Source: Rebecca billardiae RCC1528 (Eukaryota > Protista > Haptophyta). From it: a DNA stretch of 64,000 nucleotides. Under the pieces are notes generated by a model, which worked only from the letters and a program-made list of their open reading frames with translations, made no database searches and was not told the origin of the DNA. Both the position numbers and the translations under genes were made by a program. Each line of letters starts with the position of its first letter. Positions within the stretch are counted from its first letter, which is position 1. This document shows positions 1-11,570 of this stretch, piece after piece. The stretch lies in the NCBI GenBank assembly GCA_965240325.2, contig OZ251230.1, forward strand, positions 1,550,001 through 1,614,000, given 5' to 3'.

Positions 1-445
1 CGCGCGCGCGAGAGAGAGAGATGCGAGATGTTATTGGATCTAGCTCTGTGACGAATATATGTGTGGGGGGTTATTGGCACAATAACTGATTGTCTAAGAG
101 GCCGGTGGGAGCGCAATGCGCGGAATGCGCCGTATGGCGTATGGTTAATGGTATCAACACCTGCCGCTGCCAATCGGCCCGAGGCAGGCGGCCGAGCGCA
201 AGTCCGGCTGCTATCTTGGCCACCCTCTTCTCGTGCCACGAGGGTCTTTCGAGCCTGCTCTGTGCGCGCGCACAACGGCCCAGAACTAACTAACTCGTTG
301 TGCTGCTCCTGATCGAGCTTTGATGAGCGGGTTGGCATGGTGATGGTGGCTCTGGACAGCCAATTGGTGGCCTGGATTCTTTCATCTGATTCTGAAGGGC
401 CAAGAGTTCTTATGCCTGCGTGTCGGTCGCTGGATTCGAACAGGT

Positions 446-512
446 GACTTTACGGTTGTGTCGAAGGCGTTGAAGAGCCCGAAACGACTGAGCTAAATCG
501 GTTCGCGCGACC
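446..512 (+). repeat. ~65-bp direct repeat, copy 1 (copy 2 at 1003-1069)
   Basis: ttgaagagcccgaaacgactgagctaaatcggttc occurs at 470-504 and again at 1026-1060, with similar flanks. Confidence 0.9.
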
Positions 513-1012
513 GACCGACGCGGGCAACTCTTGGCCTTTCACGCGAAGCGCTTTCGACCTCGCGAGAGCCTCGCGGCTCCGGGGGGGAATGATCATGAAA
601 AGCGAGGAGTCGGCAAAAAGACGAACGAAAGAGGGGAGCACGAAGAAGATGACCGACAAAGAAAGACGACAGAGAAACGAGCACGGTCCGCCGCCGACGA
701 ATCAGGAGACCCGCGTCGTCCTACCTGTGTCGTTAAATCATAGAATGGGTCCGCGACGCGCAACCTCCGGGTACAGTCGCCCGGGTCAACAACAAAAACT
801 ACAAAAAGAGCCTCACAAAGCCAGAGCAGCAAGAAGGGCTCACCGCCCACAAAAGACGGAGTCTCTACGAAGCCAGAGCAGAGCAGACGAGCACGCAGGG
901 TGGAACACCTGGGAGAGACCAGGCAGGGAGAGAAAAACCTCGACAACAAATCCGTCAGAACACTGGACTGGACTACAGCCCCTCGCGGGGTGTCCCACAG
1001 GAGACTTACGGT

Positions 1013-1105
1013 TATGTCCGAGGAGTTGAAGAGCCCGAAACGACTGAGCTAAATCGGTTCTCGCGAACCAATTTAGCTCAGTCGTTTCGGGCTCTTCATT
1101 CCCCC

Positions 1106-1112
<7 letters not shown>
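1013..1112. repeat. 100-bp palindrome (48-bp arms, 4-nt loop tcgc) abutting a TA microsatellite
   Basis: 1013-1060 is the reverse complement of 1065-1112 with about 4 mismatches. Confidence 0.9.

Positions 1113-1162
<50 letters not shown>
1111..1162. repeat. (TA)n microsatellite
   Basis: Pure TA run. Confidence 0.99.
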
Positions 1163-1163
<1 letters not shown>

Positions 1164-1898
1164 GACTAGCTACTATATACGACTATGCTTAGACGGCTGC
1201 TGATGACGATGCGCATGATGACGAGCAGACGATTGAGAAATAACATTCTGAGACGACGCTGTAGGAGGACTCCTCTGACGACTGAGCTGAGCCCTTTAAC
1301 AGTGACGTCCGTCGTACTACGCACTCATCCTGACGACGATGATGCTATAAGACCGAAAGACGATGACATGAGTGATGACAGATGTCAGATGATGATGACT
1401 GCTGCTGACGAGTGATGATGAAAGTGACGATGAGTGACGATGAATATGTGATGCTGAGTGACGGACGGGTAGTGTCACTATTGACGGCAACTGACGCGCT
1501 GTTGCCTGCTCCATCATCACGCGCAGTCGCGGCGGACGCTTACGGCCATCATCGAAAGTATACGTTCTACGACTGCTCTGCAGCAGTATAGCTTCCAGTA
1601 TTACTGACGACTATACGGGGCGGGCGTAGTCGTATAGGCATCATGGCAGGCCGACGACGAGGCAGCTAGCTATGTGCCAAGTGAGCGGACGAGTGCAGTC
1701 GCCGAGTGCGTACGCTGCCGCCTGCGGCCTGGCCCCCAAGTGGCCCAAGTGCGCTGCAGTCAGTCAGTGCCAGTCCTGTGGCACTGATGGCAGCAGATCA
1801 GGCTTTAAGATGACGAATCTCTCTGCTGGTCTGAGTCTCAGCAGACCAGGCGGCAAGATGATGAATCTCTCTGCTGTCTCCGGATTGATGCGATCAGG

Positions 1899-3929
1899 CT
1901 ACCCGAGCCATTTGGCCAACAGTGCTTCGGTGACCATTTCGCAGATCTTGGCGGTGGACTCTGACAGCAGCCCTTCCAGATGGGGATCGTCGCTTTTGTC
2001 GACGCGACGCAGCTCGGTCGTGTCAAGGCCGCCCTGCTCAGCTGTTGGCCCTGTCGCACGCGTCAGCAGCCGCCTGCGCTTGGGCATGCGCTCGTGCGCC
2101 TCCTCGACCATCTTGCCCGCGAGCAAATTCGGAACTGTCGCCTTTGAGCGCAGCACCGCGAGCGTGGTTGGGCTGGTGTCCTTCTCCTGCAGCCAGAGCT
2201 CGAGCGCGGCCTTCGAGTAGGTCTGCCCGTCCTCGATGAGCAGCGTTGGCTCCTCCATCAGCTGGCGCGTGAGGGGGCAAATCAGCTTGTGCGACGGCTC
2301 GTACGAAGGCAGCTGCTTGGTCACGGCGCTGGCAAGCTCGCGCTTGAAGGCCGCACGCAGCGGCGCGTGAGCAACGCATGCGTCGCGCAGAGCTCCTGCC
2401 TGGGTGGTGAGGGCCTTCAGCTCCTCCAAGCTCCGATTGGCCAGGCCAAGCGTGTTCAGGAGTTCCACGCCCTCCTGAGCCCGGTCGTGCTCGGCGCTGG
2501 CCGCCGCCCAGCGTGCAGCTGCACTGATGGCATCGTCGTCACTCGCTGAACCGCCCGAGAGCTTTTGCGCGATGAGCAGCTTGGCGACGCGCAGCGGCAC
2601 GTTGCTGAATTCCGCGCACGACGAGATCTCAGCAAAGTGGCGCGCGGCGTGCGGCAGCACGATCTGGTCGAACACGGCCTCAGAGCGCCCGCTCTCCACC
2701 CCGTGCGCTGCTTCGAGGTATGCGATGAGTGTGCACCACATCGCAGGCGGCAGTGGTGCACGGCGCGGCAGCTCGGGCTGGCTCGCGTGCGGGCTCGTGT
2801 TCTTGCGCAGCCAGTCGAGGAGCAGGTTGATGCGCGCGTTGGATGCGGAGCGCCGCACCCACACGATCGCGTCATCGCAGCCAAAAGGTAGGTCCAATCG
2901 GCACGCTTGTGTGGTCACAAATCTGCCGCAAAACGCCTTTTGCTGACATCTAAGGATCAAATAGGTGTCCACGCATACGGGCACAGCGCCAGTCACGGCC
3001 ACGGTGACCGCGGTGATCTCGGAGAACGCGCAGTGCGCCTGCAGGATGAGCGGCACCTGCTCGTCGTCCACCTTCAACGCAAGCTTGACCGCTGCTCTCG
3101 AATCGCGGATGGAAAGCGTCGTTCTATCCCACGCGTTGTGAGGATGCGGCTCATCCGCGTCTGCTGGGAGCGCGCGGGCGATCAGGGCGAGGCCTGGCGC
3201 GCTGAGCGCGTCCCACCCAGTGTACCTGCCGAACGCGTGCTGCTCGAACTGCTCGCGCGTGCCGTCGATACAGATCGCGGCAGAGGCGTGCTGCGCGAGC
3301 TCAGCAAGCGCGCTGACCCACTTCTGAACCGCCGGCCCACTACCGGAGGCGCGCGCGGCTTGCGCAGCCACGTCGAGAAGCCGCAGGCCGAAGCCAGTGG
3401 CGCACCCTTCCGTGCCAAGCTCGGCCAAGCACACCGTGACGGCCGTGAGCACCATGTCATGCAGGCCAAGCGCCGTGGCGTGCGTGATGATGCGCAGCAC
3501 AGACTCCTTCTCGCCATCGCGCGCCCGGCAGGCGAGGACGTCCTGGGTGTCGCCTTCGAGCGCCTGCGCGATGATGTGCAGCTCAGGAGTGTCACAGTCG
3601 ATTGGGAGCAGGCAATGGCCGACCGCCGACGAGCAGGCCTCTTCGAGCACGGGCGACGCGGCCTTGAGCACATCACAAGACACAGGCACGCGATACGCCG
3701 TTTCGAGGCGGCCAATAAGCCGCTCCTTGGAGCCGTGTGTGAGCCGCCCCGCGCGGCGCGCCCGCTCGCGCAACTCGTCAATGCTGAGCTTGTCGAGGTC
3801 CTTCGGCACGAGGAACGTGAACGCCGCCTGCGAGCTGTCGTCACATCGGAACAGCCAGTCAACCTTGATCGATGGCGCCTGGAGACGCCGTCGGAGCTCT
3901 TCGAGCTTGTTGCCACGGGGAGCGAGCAT
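1899..3929 (-). CDS. SAP-domain, BTB/BACK-like, U-box protein (putative E3 ubiquitin ligase)
   Basis: 676-aa ORF. SAP-like LDKLSIDELRERARRAGRLTHGSKERLIGRL; BACK-like HFAEISSCAEFSNVP...DAISAAARW; U-box LICPLTRQLMEEPTLLIEDGQTYSKAALELWL...SPTT...PNL. Confidence 0.85.
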   Translation of the reverse strand: MLAPRGNKLEELRRRLQAPSIKVDWLFRCDDSSQAAFTFLVPKDLDKLSIDELRERARRAGRLTHGSKERLIGRLETAYRVPVSCDVLKAASPVLEEACSSAVGHCLLPIDCDTPELHIIAQALEGDTQDVLACRARDGEKESVLRIITHATALGLHDMVLTAVTVCLAELGTEGCATGFGLRLLDVAAQAARASGSGPAVQKWVSALAELAQHASAAICIDGTREQFEQHAFGRYTGWDALSAPGLALIARALPADADEPHPHNAWDRTTLSIRDSRAAVKLALKVDDEQVPLILQAHCAFSEITAVTVAVTGAVPVCVDTYLILRCQQKAFCGRFVTTQACRLDLPFGCDDAIVWVRRSASNARINLLLDWLRKNTSPHASQPELPRRAPLPPAMWCTLIAYLEAAHGVESGRSEAVFDQIVLPHAARHFAEISSCAEFSNVPLRVAKLLIAQKLSGGSASDDDAISAAARWAAASAEHDRAQEGVELLNTLGLANRSLEELKALTTQAGALRDACVAHAPLRAAFKRELASAVTKQLPSYEPSHKLICPLTRQLMEEPTLLIEDGQTYSKAALELWLQEKDTSPTTLAVLRSKATVPNLLAGKMVEEAHERMPKRRRLLTRATGPTAEQGGLDTTELRRVDKSDDPHLEGLLSESTAKICEMVTEALLAKWLG

Positions 3930-5077
3930 CGCGCGTCACTCAAGCGCTCGACGCTCGTTGGCGGATGGTCCTCGGCCCTTGCTCGGCCGTTGGCGCTGGC
4001 GGCGTCGCCCGGAATTCAAATACAGAAGTAATCGGAGGAAGCAGGTCCGGGGTGCCGCATAGGTACCAGTGTTACGCACGGTATCAGTGCCACGGTGAAA
4101 AGCTGCTGTGCTGCCGCCGCCAGCTGGACAGCTGACAGACAGTTGCCTCAGCAGTGGCCGGGGCACCGGGCAGGCTCCGACACAGACGGTCTGACAATCA
4201 CCGGCTGATGACGGCGGCTGTCACTGACTCACGACTGAGTTTGAGTGCCGCTCAGGCTGGCACGGCTGCCGTTGCCTCCGCGCAGGTGAGCCTATGAATG
4301 ATACTATGATCCCGCGGCCAGACGGGTCACGCCGTGACGCCGTCCGTGCCCGTGGCCTCTGGAGTCTGGGCCCCGTCTCACTCTCAGACCGCGCACCGGC
4401 ACCGACCGCACTCGGCTTGAAGCGTCTTGCCGACTTAGGACGCGGTGCCAGACTGCCAGTCCAGTGAGTCCGCCCGCTGCCAGGGGCAGGGGGGCCCAGC
4501 CGCCAGCGGCCCAGCGCCAGCCCCAGCGGCAGCTCGGTTTCAGGCTCGGAGCACTACTACTCGTAACTGCAACAGCTCTGATCGATCTGCACTCTGATGC
4601 AGCAGTCATCAGCTGAGTCGTCGGTCTATCGCCTAACTAGTAACTATCGGCCGGCCGGCCGCCGACGCGGACGCGGGCGCCCGACGCCGACGGCCGCGCA
4701 CCGGGCCGCGACCGCGTCGGTGTACTGCCGGCACCGCGGCCGGCGCCGCGTGCACCAGCACCGCGGATTCCAGTGGGCGTGGCTGACCCGCGTTCCGTGG
4801 GCGACCGACGACCGTGACAGCGTGACCGTGTCCGCCGATACTCCGGCCATGAAGTTTAAGGCTCATGCGGTCATGGTAGACTCGCGGACTGGCCGGACTG
4901 CGCTGGATCGAGCATCGGCTGTGGAGTGCAGTGCGCCAAGTCGCGACGAGCGCGCCACGACAGAGCGCGCGCAAGCGCTTCCGACTTGCCCTGGTCCTGG
5001 ACCGCGTCTTCGCCACGACCCCGCACGCGCAGGATGCACCCGGCCAGGCGGCACGACCGCACAGGCCGTGAGAAGCG

Positions 5078-7059
5078 TCAGCCCTGCGCCGTCGCGGACA
5101 CGGCCAGCCGGTAGCAGGTGGTAGTGCCGCGCCGTTCGGCGAGGGCGCGGCCGGAGTGCGTGAGGAAGAGGATGAGCGCCTTGACCGACTTGGCGGGGCG
5201 GCCGTCCGCGGCTGCCGCGCGACGAGGGACAGCGGGGGCGGGGCGCACGACTCGCATGAGCGGCGCACGACAGCAGGCGCTCCGCGCGCGCGCGCGCGGG
5301 TAGCCGTGTGGGCGAGCGCGCGCCGAGCGCGCGCACCGTCGGCAGCGTCGACGTGCAGCGGGTTGAGCGCCGTCGCGCTCGCAATCTCCTCCGACGTGCA
5401 CACCACCGCGGCGTCCACGTCGCTCGAGCCCGCGATGCGCGCGCTCAGCGCGCGCGAGAGCTGCGCCAGGTGCGCGTTCAGAGCGCCCAGCTCAAACTGC
5501 GAGCGCAGGAAGGACGGCGCCGCGCCGTGCTCCGCCTCTGAGAGCGGGGCCAGTGCCCACGCCGGCGGGGCCGCGGGCGGCGGCGTGGGCGCCGAGGGCT
5601 GCGAGGCGAGCGGGCTGCGACGCACGCCACTCGCCGCCGCGGACGCCGGCGCCGCCGCCGGCCCCGCCCTGGGCGGCGGCGCCACGCCCGGCGGCAGACC
5701 GTCGAGCACGGCCACGGTGCGCGGCGGCGAGAAGCTCAGGTCGGCGCCCAGCTCTGAGAGCGCGCCCAGCCCGGCGTCGAGCTCGAGGGAGGGAGGCTCG
5801 GGCTGGGCAGGCGCGGGCTTGAGCGACGTCGTGCGCGGCGCCACCGAGGCGGGCGACTGCTTGGACGACGCCGGCGACGGCCGCGTCGTCATCGCCGCCG
5901 AGCGCGCGGCCGAGGCGCCAGTCCGCGCGGCCGCGCCGCTGCCCGGCGCAGCCGCCGAGCTGCGGGCCGCCGAGCCGCCCGAGCGTGCCGAGCCCGCGGT
6001 CGCGGGGCGGGATGCGCTGAGCGCTGACGTGCGCGGCGACGCGGCCCCGCCCCCCGCGCTCGTCAGCCCCGATCTCGAGCGCAGCGAGCTCCCGCGCGGG
6101 CTGGGGCTGGCCTTGGGCGTGGACGGCAGCGGCGAGCGCGAGGCGCCGCGCACAGCGGAGGCCGCGCCGGTCCTCGCGTGCCCTCGCGCGGAAGCGGAGT
6201 CTTGGACGCGGCCCGAGGCGAGCCGACGAGCTGCGCTGGAGGATGTGGGCGCCAGCAGGCTCCGCTCTGACCCGCGCTTCGCCGCGGACGATGACGGAGG
6301 CCCGGCGGTCGACGGGCGAGCGGGCGTGCGCGCGCTCGCGCCAGGAGACGGCGCCGGCGGCACGCTCGCAGCAGGCTCTGCACGGTCCGCGACGGCGGGC
6401 CGCGAGTAGTGCGAGAGCCCCATCGACTCAAGGGACGGGAACTCTGGCGATGGCGGGAGGTTCTCGTCCTCCACGCCGCGGATCGACGCCCCCGGCGGAG
6501 TCGGCGGCGGCGGCGGCGTGCGCGAGGCGGCAGCGCTGACGGGCGCAGGCGACTTGCCTCCTGGTGGGGGCGGGTGCGATGCCACGTCTGCGCCGGCGGC
6601 CAGACACGCGGTGGAAACCGCCACCTCCCCAGCCGCATCGGCGCGTGCCTCTCCCTCCGAATCGGCCGGCGTGCTCGGCTCGGCCGGCAGCAGGCTTGGA
6701 AGCGGCTCGGCTGGCGGGAGTCGCTCGTATCCGTAGGGCTCCAAGGCATCCTCGAGGCGGGTCATGGCGGCCTCGTTGCGCTCATAGAGCGCAAGTGCCT
6801 CGTCGAGTAGCCGCGACGCGGGCGCCACGTTCACCTGCTGCACGAGCTTGCGCGTGCGCACCTGCAGCTCGCCAACAGTTGACGTGAGCTCGCGCTCGAG
6901 GATGGAGCGCGCGTAGCCGCCATTGGCGGAGGACAGCGGCGGGCGGGAGACGGCGCTCTTGAGCTCGCGCGTCTCCGTGGCCATCCAGTCCATTTTCGAG
7001 CGGAAATCCGCGAAGAAGGCGACATGGGCCGCCTCGAGCTTGTCGCGGGGGCGCATCAT
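5078..7059 (-). CDS. SKA3: Spindle and kinetochore-associated protein 3 (SKA3)-like; exons 7059-5337 and 5211-5078
   Basis: N-terminal coiled coil ...ETRELKSAV...LYERNEAAMTRLEDALEPYGY and motif PPSPEFPSLESMGLSHY resemble SKA3. A GT(GCGC)...CAG intron at 5336-5212 restores the frame into KSVKALILFLTHSGR...CYRL. Confidence 0.75.
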
Positions 7060-7428
7060 CGCGAGCTCGTCGGCGCGCTTCAAACGTGGCGCGGTCAACG
7101 ACCGCCGCTCCACTGCGAGTCTGCACGCACGCCCGTCCGGTTGACTCCGCCGAGAAGTAGTCCGGGCGCGATGCCGACCGCGATGAATATCGCGCAATTG
7201 ATTTTCGAAGCAGCAGCTTTTCCGAATTGTGGGCTCCGTGGCTTGCCTCGGCGGTACAGGTGATGGCCTCGTGCGCGGCGGCAGCCACTGTGATCGCAGC
7301 CAGCGACCGCAGCTGGCGCGGAGCGCAGCCCTGACGTGCGCCCGCGCCCGTACCTATTCGTCCCGCGCCGCGGCCACCCTCGTGCGCTCGCGCTCCGGGC
7401 GGCAGGTGCAGCAAGTTGTCCGATCGCA

Positions 7429-8277
7429 ATGCCGTTTGTACCGGTGCCGCAATTCAGTGCGGCTGTGCAGAGCCTCCTCTCAGATGGGTTCGAGCCGGTG
7501 CGCGGGGTGGCCATCTCGAAGGGGCGACACCAGCTGAAGCTCATGCAGAACGTCGAGGACGGCGCTCTCGCGGCGATGGCCACAGCCTCGCGGCAAACGC
7601 GATTTGGGACGGTTGAGGCGGCGATCACGTCGGAGCTGATGCTGTGCACGACGCTCGCGGCGGAGCCTCCGATCCCCGGGCTTGCGCTGCGCGTGGATTC
7701 GGCCGTGGGTGCGCAGGGCGTGATGCCCATCGCCGGCCTGGAGGCGATGTACACTCACGAGCGCGCGACGGTCGCGGCGAGCGCGTCGCCCGCGGCCGGC
7801 CTCGTCGCGAGCTTGACCACCGGCGTTGAGCCCTTCATGGTCGGCGGCGCTGCGCTCGTGCAGCCGGACGGGCGGCGAAATCTGCTGCTGGGGGCGACGC
7901 TCGGCGGCGCGATCACGGCCATCGTCACGATGCCGCAGGGCGGCCCGCCGCTCGTGCACGCCTCCGCGGTGCTGCAGCCGACAGGCTCGCTCATGGTCGG
8001 CGCGATGATTGAGAAGGTGCCGTCTCGCCCTCCGACGACCGCGTTCGGCGCGGCGTTCGCGCACGAGCCGCTTGGGTTCTCGGTGAAGGGCATGGTCCTG
8101 GCGGGCACGGCCGAGCGGCCCGACGGCTCGTACCCCTTCGCCGTCGCCAAGGCGGCGGTGATCAAGATCGTCGACAGCATGCAGCTCGGGCTGAGCGTCG
8201 AGCAGCCGCTCCGCGTGCCCGCCGACGCGTCGTCCAAGCCCAAGGTGGGGTGCACCTTCGGGATCAGCTTCGAGTGA
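7429..8277 (+). CDS. Divergent mitochondrial porin (VDAC/Tom40, Porin_3 family)-like beta-barrel protein
   Basis: 282 aa. VDAC-like N-terminal helix (PVPQFSAAVQSLLSDGF), alternating beta-strand pattern and a C-terminal beta-signal-like KVGCTFGISFE. Confidence 0.65.
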   Translation: MPFVPVPQFSAAVQSLLSDGFEPVRGVAISKGRHQLKLMQNVEDGALAAMATASRQTRFGTVEAAITSELMLCTTLAAEPPIPGLALRVDSAVGAQGVMPIAGLEAMYTHERATVAASASPAAGLVASLTTGVEPFMVGGAALVQPDGRRNLLLGATLGGAITAIVTMPQGGPPLVHASAVLQPTGSLMVGAMIEKVPSRPPTTAFGAAFAHEPLGFSVKGMVLAGTAERPDGSYPFAVAKAAVIKIVDSMQLGLSVEQPLRVPADASSKPKVGCTFGISFE

Positions 8278-11200
8278 GCGTCGCCGCCCGCCGCAGCGAA
8301 GCTGCCTGCGGGCGGGCGGCGGGCCGAGACGCCCGAAGTGGGAACCGGGCGCTGCCGTGGCGTCTGGGCTGGCTGACCATGCGGGCGCCCTGCCCGAACG
8401 CCGGGCGCGCGGCCGGCGGGCCGGCCGCTGGGCCTGATGGAGCCGGCTCACCCGCCTGCCACCTGGTCGCGGCCGGGTGACGACGTTTTGTGGACGACGG
8501 CGGGGAGGGCACGGCGGGCGCGGGCGCACGGCAAGGTGACTGCTGCCCCCACCCATGCTCCGCAGGCGGACGGCTGAATGAATTGTCTGGCGGCGCTACT
8601 GCGTGCCCATGGATCGGCGACGGGTGCTACGGGTACGGCTCCGTGGCCCGCACGGTGACGGGCGCTGGACAGACCGACAGTCCAAGTGGGCGTCGCCCAC
8701 TACTCACTGGTGGAGTTTAGTTAATTATGTAGGAGCCACCGCCTGGCGCACCTTTGACGGACGACATAAGTTACGAGTAGCGCCACTCGGGCCACTGGCC
8801 ACCGGCACCAGTCGGGCAGCCTGGACCAATTCTATGATTTAAAGACACAGGCACGAGGGGGCAGCTCTCCTGATTCGTCTGTAGTGGTACTGGTCGAAGC
8901 TTGCAGCAGTGGCAGTGGTGTGAGCGCGTTGATGTTGGTCCCCATGGCGGATGTCGTTGTTGTCGTCGTCCGGACGTCGTCAGGCCCACCAGGAAGTGCA
9001 TGGGTACGAAACCGTAGGGGGGCCAAACCGCCCATTTAAAAATGAAAAGCAAAGTCGCGTCGCATTTTCGCTCCGCCCTCGGGCGGCCTTTTTATTAGGG
9101 TGGCGCGGAGCCTTTTTCTCATCGGACCTCGCTCGAAAATCGAGCTCCGACGCCTTCGGGCGCTCAGAGCTCGGTTCCGCTCCAGCACGAGCGGCCGGAG
9201 GCAGTGGACCGCCGCGCGCTCGCGACCTCTGAGACGCCGAGATGGTCTCGGGTGCGCGCGCGCGTGACGCCTGTGGGCGCTACTGACCCGTGCCTTTGCG
9301 CCACCAGCGGCTCACCACCCGCTTCTTGGCCACCTCGCGCCGTGCGCGGCGCGCGTCGGCCGGCTTGAATTGGTGCGCTGCGTACGCCCGCTACGCTACC
9401 GCACGGTGTGGCGCATGATCAACTCGGACCAATGAGATCGATGCTCGGACCAATCGTCCATGTATGTCTGTGAATGCCCAGCTCGCCTAACCTGCCCTAC
9501 TGCGCCGGAATCGCCGTCAGCAGACCGGCGCGAGCTCGCGCACAGCACCTCCGCGGAGCTCGCAACTGTCATGTTCCGCTTGTAGGGCCCGTGTTTGCAC
9601 CTGCCGTGGCACTTGCGATGGTCAGTACGTTGGGTATGGGTCACGTGTGCCCTCTGATGGCGTCTGGGCGCCTCCCATTCGCCTCTCAGGACGTCGCGGA
9701 CGTGCTCGCAGGCAGCGGTTGGCTGATTCGACAGGTCCGACGTGCACTCGACCGTGCCTGCAAGCGCGCCCCTGTGACGCTCATGCCTGCAGAAGCAGAT
9801 GCAGATGGGCCCTCATGCACCCTGGTGCGCCCAAGACCGGCGGGAGCGTCAGAGACCGTCTCAATCTTGACACCTTGCACACGCCGGCGCTTGCCGTTGG
9901 GCTCCGCGCAGCCAGCCAGGAGCGCCGAACAGCGCCGGATCAGCCTCTGTAGGCCGAATATCCGCCCCTAAGCCCAGAAATAGCGCGGAACAGGGTAGTG
10001 CGTACCTATGTGGACCAATCCCATCCAGCCTGGTTTGGTGCAGACACGCCAGCCACCGCCTGGAGCAGACGTTTGCTGCCGAATCGCATGCTCGGCACTG
10101 TGCCGCACTGCGACGACGACAGATTTGACCTGCCTCGTAGGTCTCGGCCAGGGAGCGGTGACGGTTGGCTCGAGTGACTTTAAACCTTGACTATGACCGA
10201 GAGCACTCCCGGGCTGAGGACGTGGGGCCGGTGCTTTGGGTCTAATATGTCTGCAATATGCCGTACGCGTGGCCGTATACACAGTCTGAAAACGTATCTC
10301 GCAGCTCGAGATCAGATGAGGCTGTATTCATCAGCATGGCGCCTATATACACAGTGGGTATGTAACGATCGATGGCTTCTAGGAAACTACATATTTGACC
10401 GCCTGCCAGTACACAGCCTATATCGCATGTTGCGGGACCTGCTGCTGCTGGGGACTCAGAACGATCTCGCTGAGATGCTCTAACAAAGTGAGGTCGACAT
10501 GGTCTATATGTCACATATGGGACGACCGTTACATGCCGTTTCCAATAAGTTCAGGCTCATTCTAATAAGTACTAATATGCTAGCCGTTACGCCCTATATT
10601 CAGGGTATGTGCACCTGATTTTTTTACATGGCCGGCCCAGACCCCTCCAGAGGGCAAATGATCCAGCCCGAAATCAGCTCTAAACACTCGCTAGGACCCG
10701 CGCTCGTGGCCGTCAGTAACGCTACAGTGCCACTTTGGCCCCCCTAGCCTGGCACCGTCGGGACCGCCAACTGAGTGACTGAGTGATGACGAGTAACTAC
10801 AGGCAATCGCGGGCAATGTCTACGGCCCGGAGTCTCAGTTTCTTCCCGCCGCGCAGGCGCGGGGGGCGCAGGGCGGGGCAGAGCCCCCCGCCGTAAGTCT
10901 TGCCTGGCCGGCGAGGCCGAAGAAAAATTTGCTGGGCCATTTTGCTGGAGCATCAATAAATCTGTCGCATGATGTTGCATGGATGCTGCGGTGCGCTGGC
11001 CAGGAGTCAGTCATCAGGAGAAATCGGGACTTGGCCTGTAGGATTCGTACAGTAGTCGGGCCGCGCGCCGCGTCCCACGGGCACTGCGCCTCGGCGGACC
11101 ACTCGTCTGAGTCGTCAGCCGCGACGAAGTAGTCCCCGGTTTCTTAGTGTGACTGCTATGCGTAGCTTATAGCGAACCAGCCAATCGTCGCTAATAACTC

Positions 11201-11570
11201 AGCAGTCTCAGCTTCTAGGCCAGATCCGCAGATAGCAAGCCCCAGTTTCTTAACGCGTGGCAGCTCCTTATTGCCCGCGATTACCTGTAACGGTCGTAGT
11301 TAGCAGCAGCCAAGTTACGCCAGTAGTCCGAAGAGCTAATTTTTATTATATTTATTATACGAAGAGTTCGTCGTCATCATATCATGATGATACACTACAA
11401 TCTCGGACCCGGTGACGCCGTCGCGTACGCGGCTGGGCTGACGGACTGTACCGTGTCGTACGTGTCGTCGCTGCCATGGATACGCCTCAGTCTCAGGCAA
11501 GGCCAGGCCTTTGTCCGTCAGAGTGGAATGCCACACATTGTAGTGGATGATTCGATTGTCGTAACACTAG

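Noticed and set aside
9970-10700. Lower-GC block with a 98-aa ORF (10187-10483), possible TE or foreign remnant
   Set aside because: No recognisable domain or termini, so it cannot be supported without a database search.
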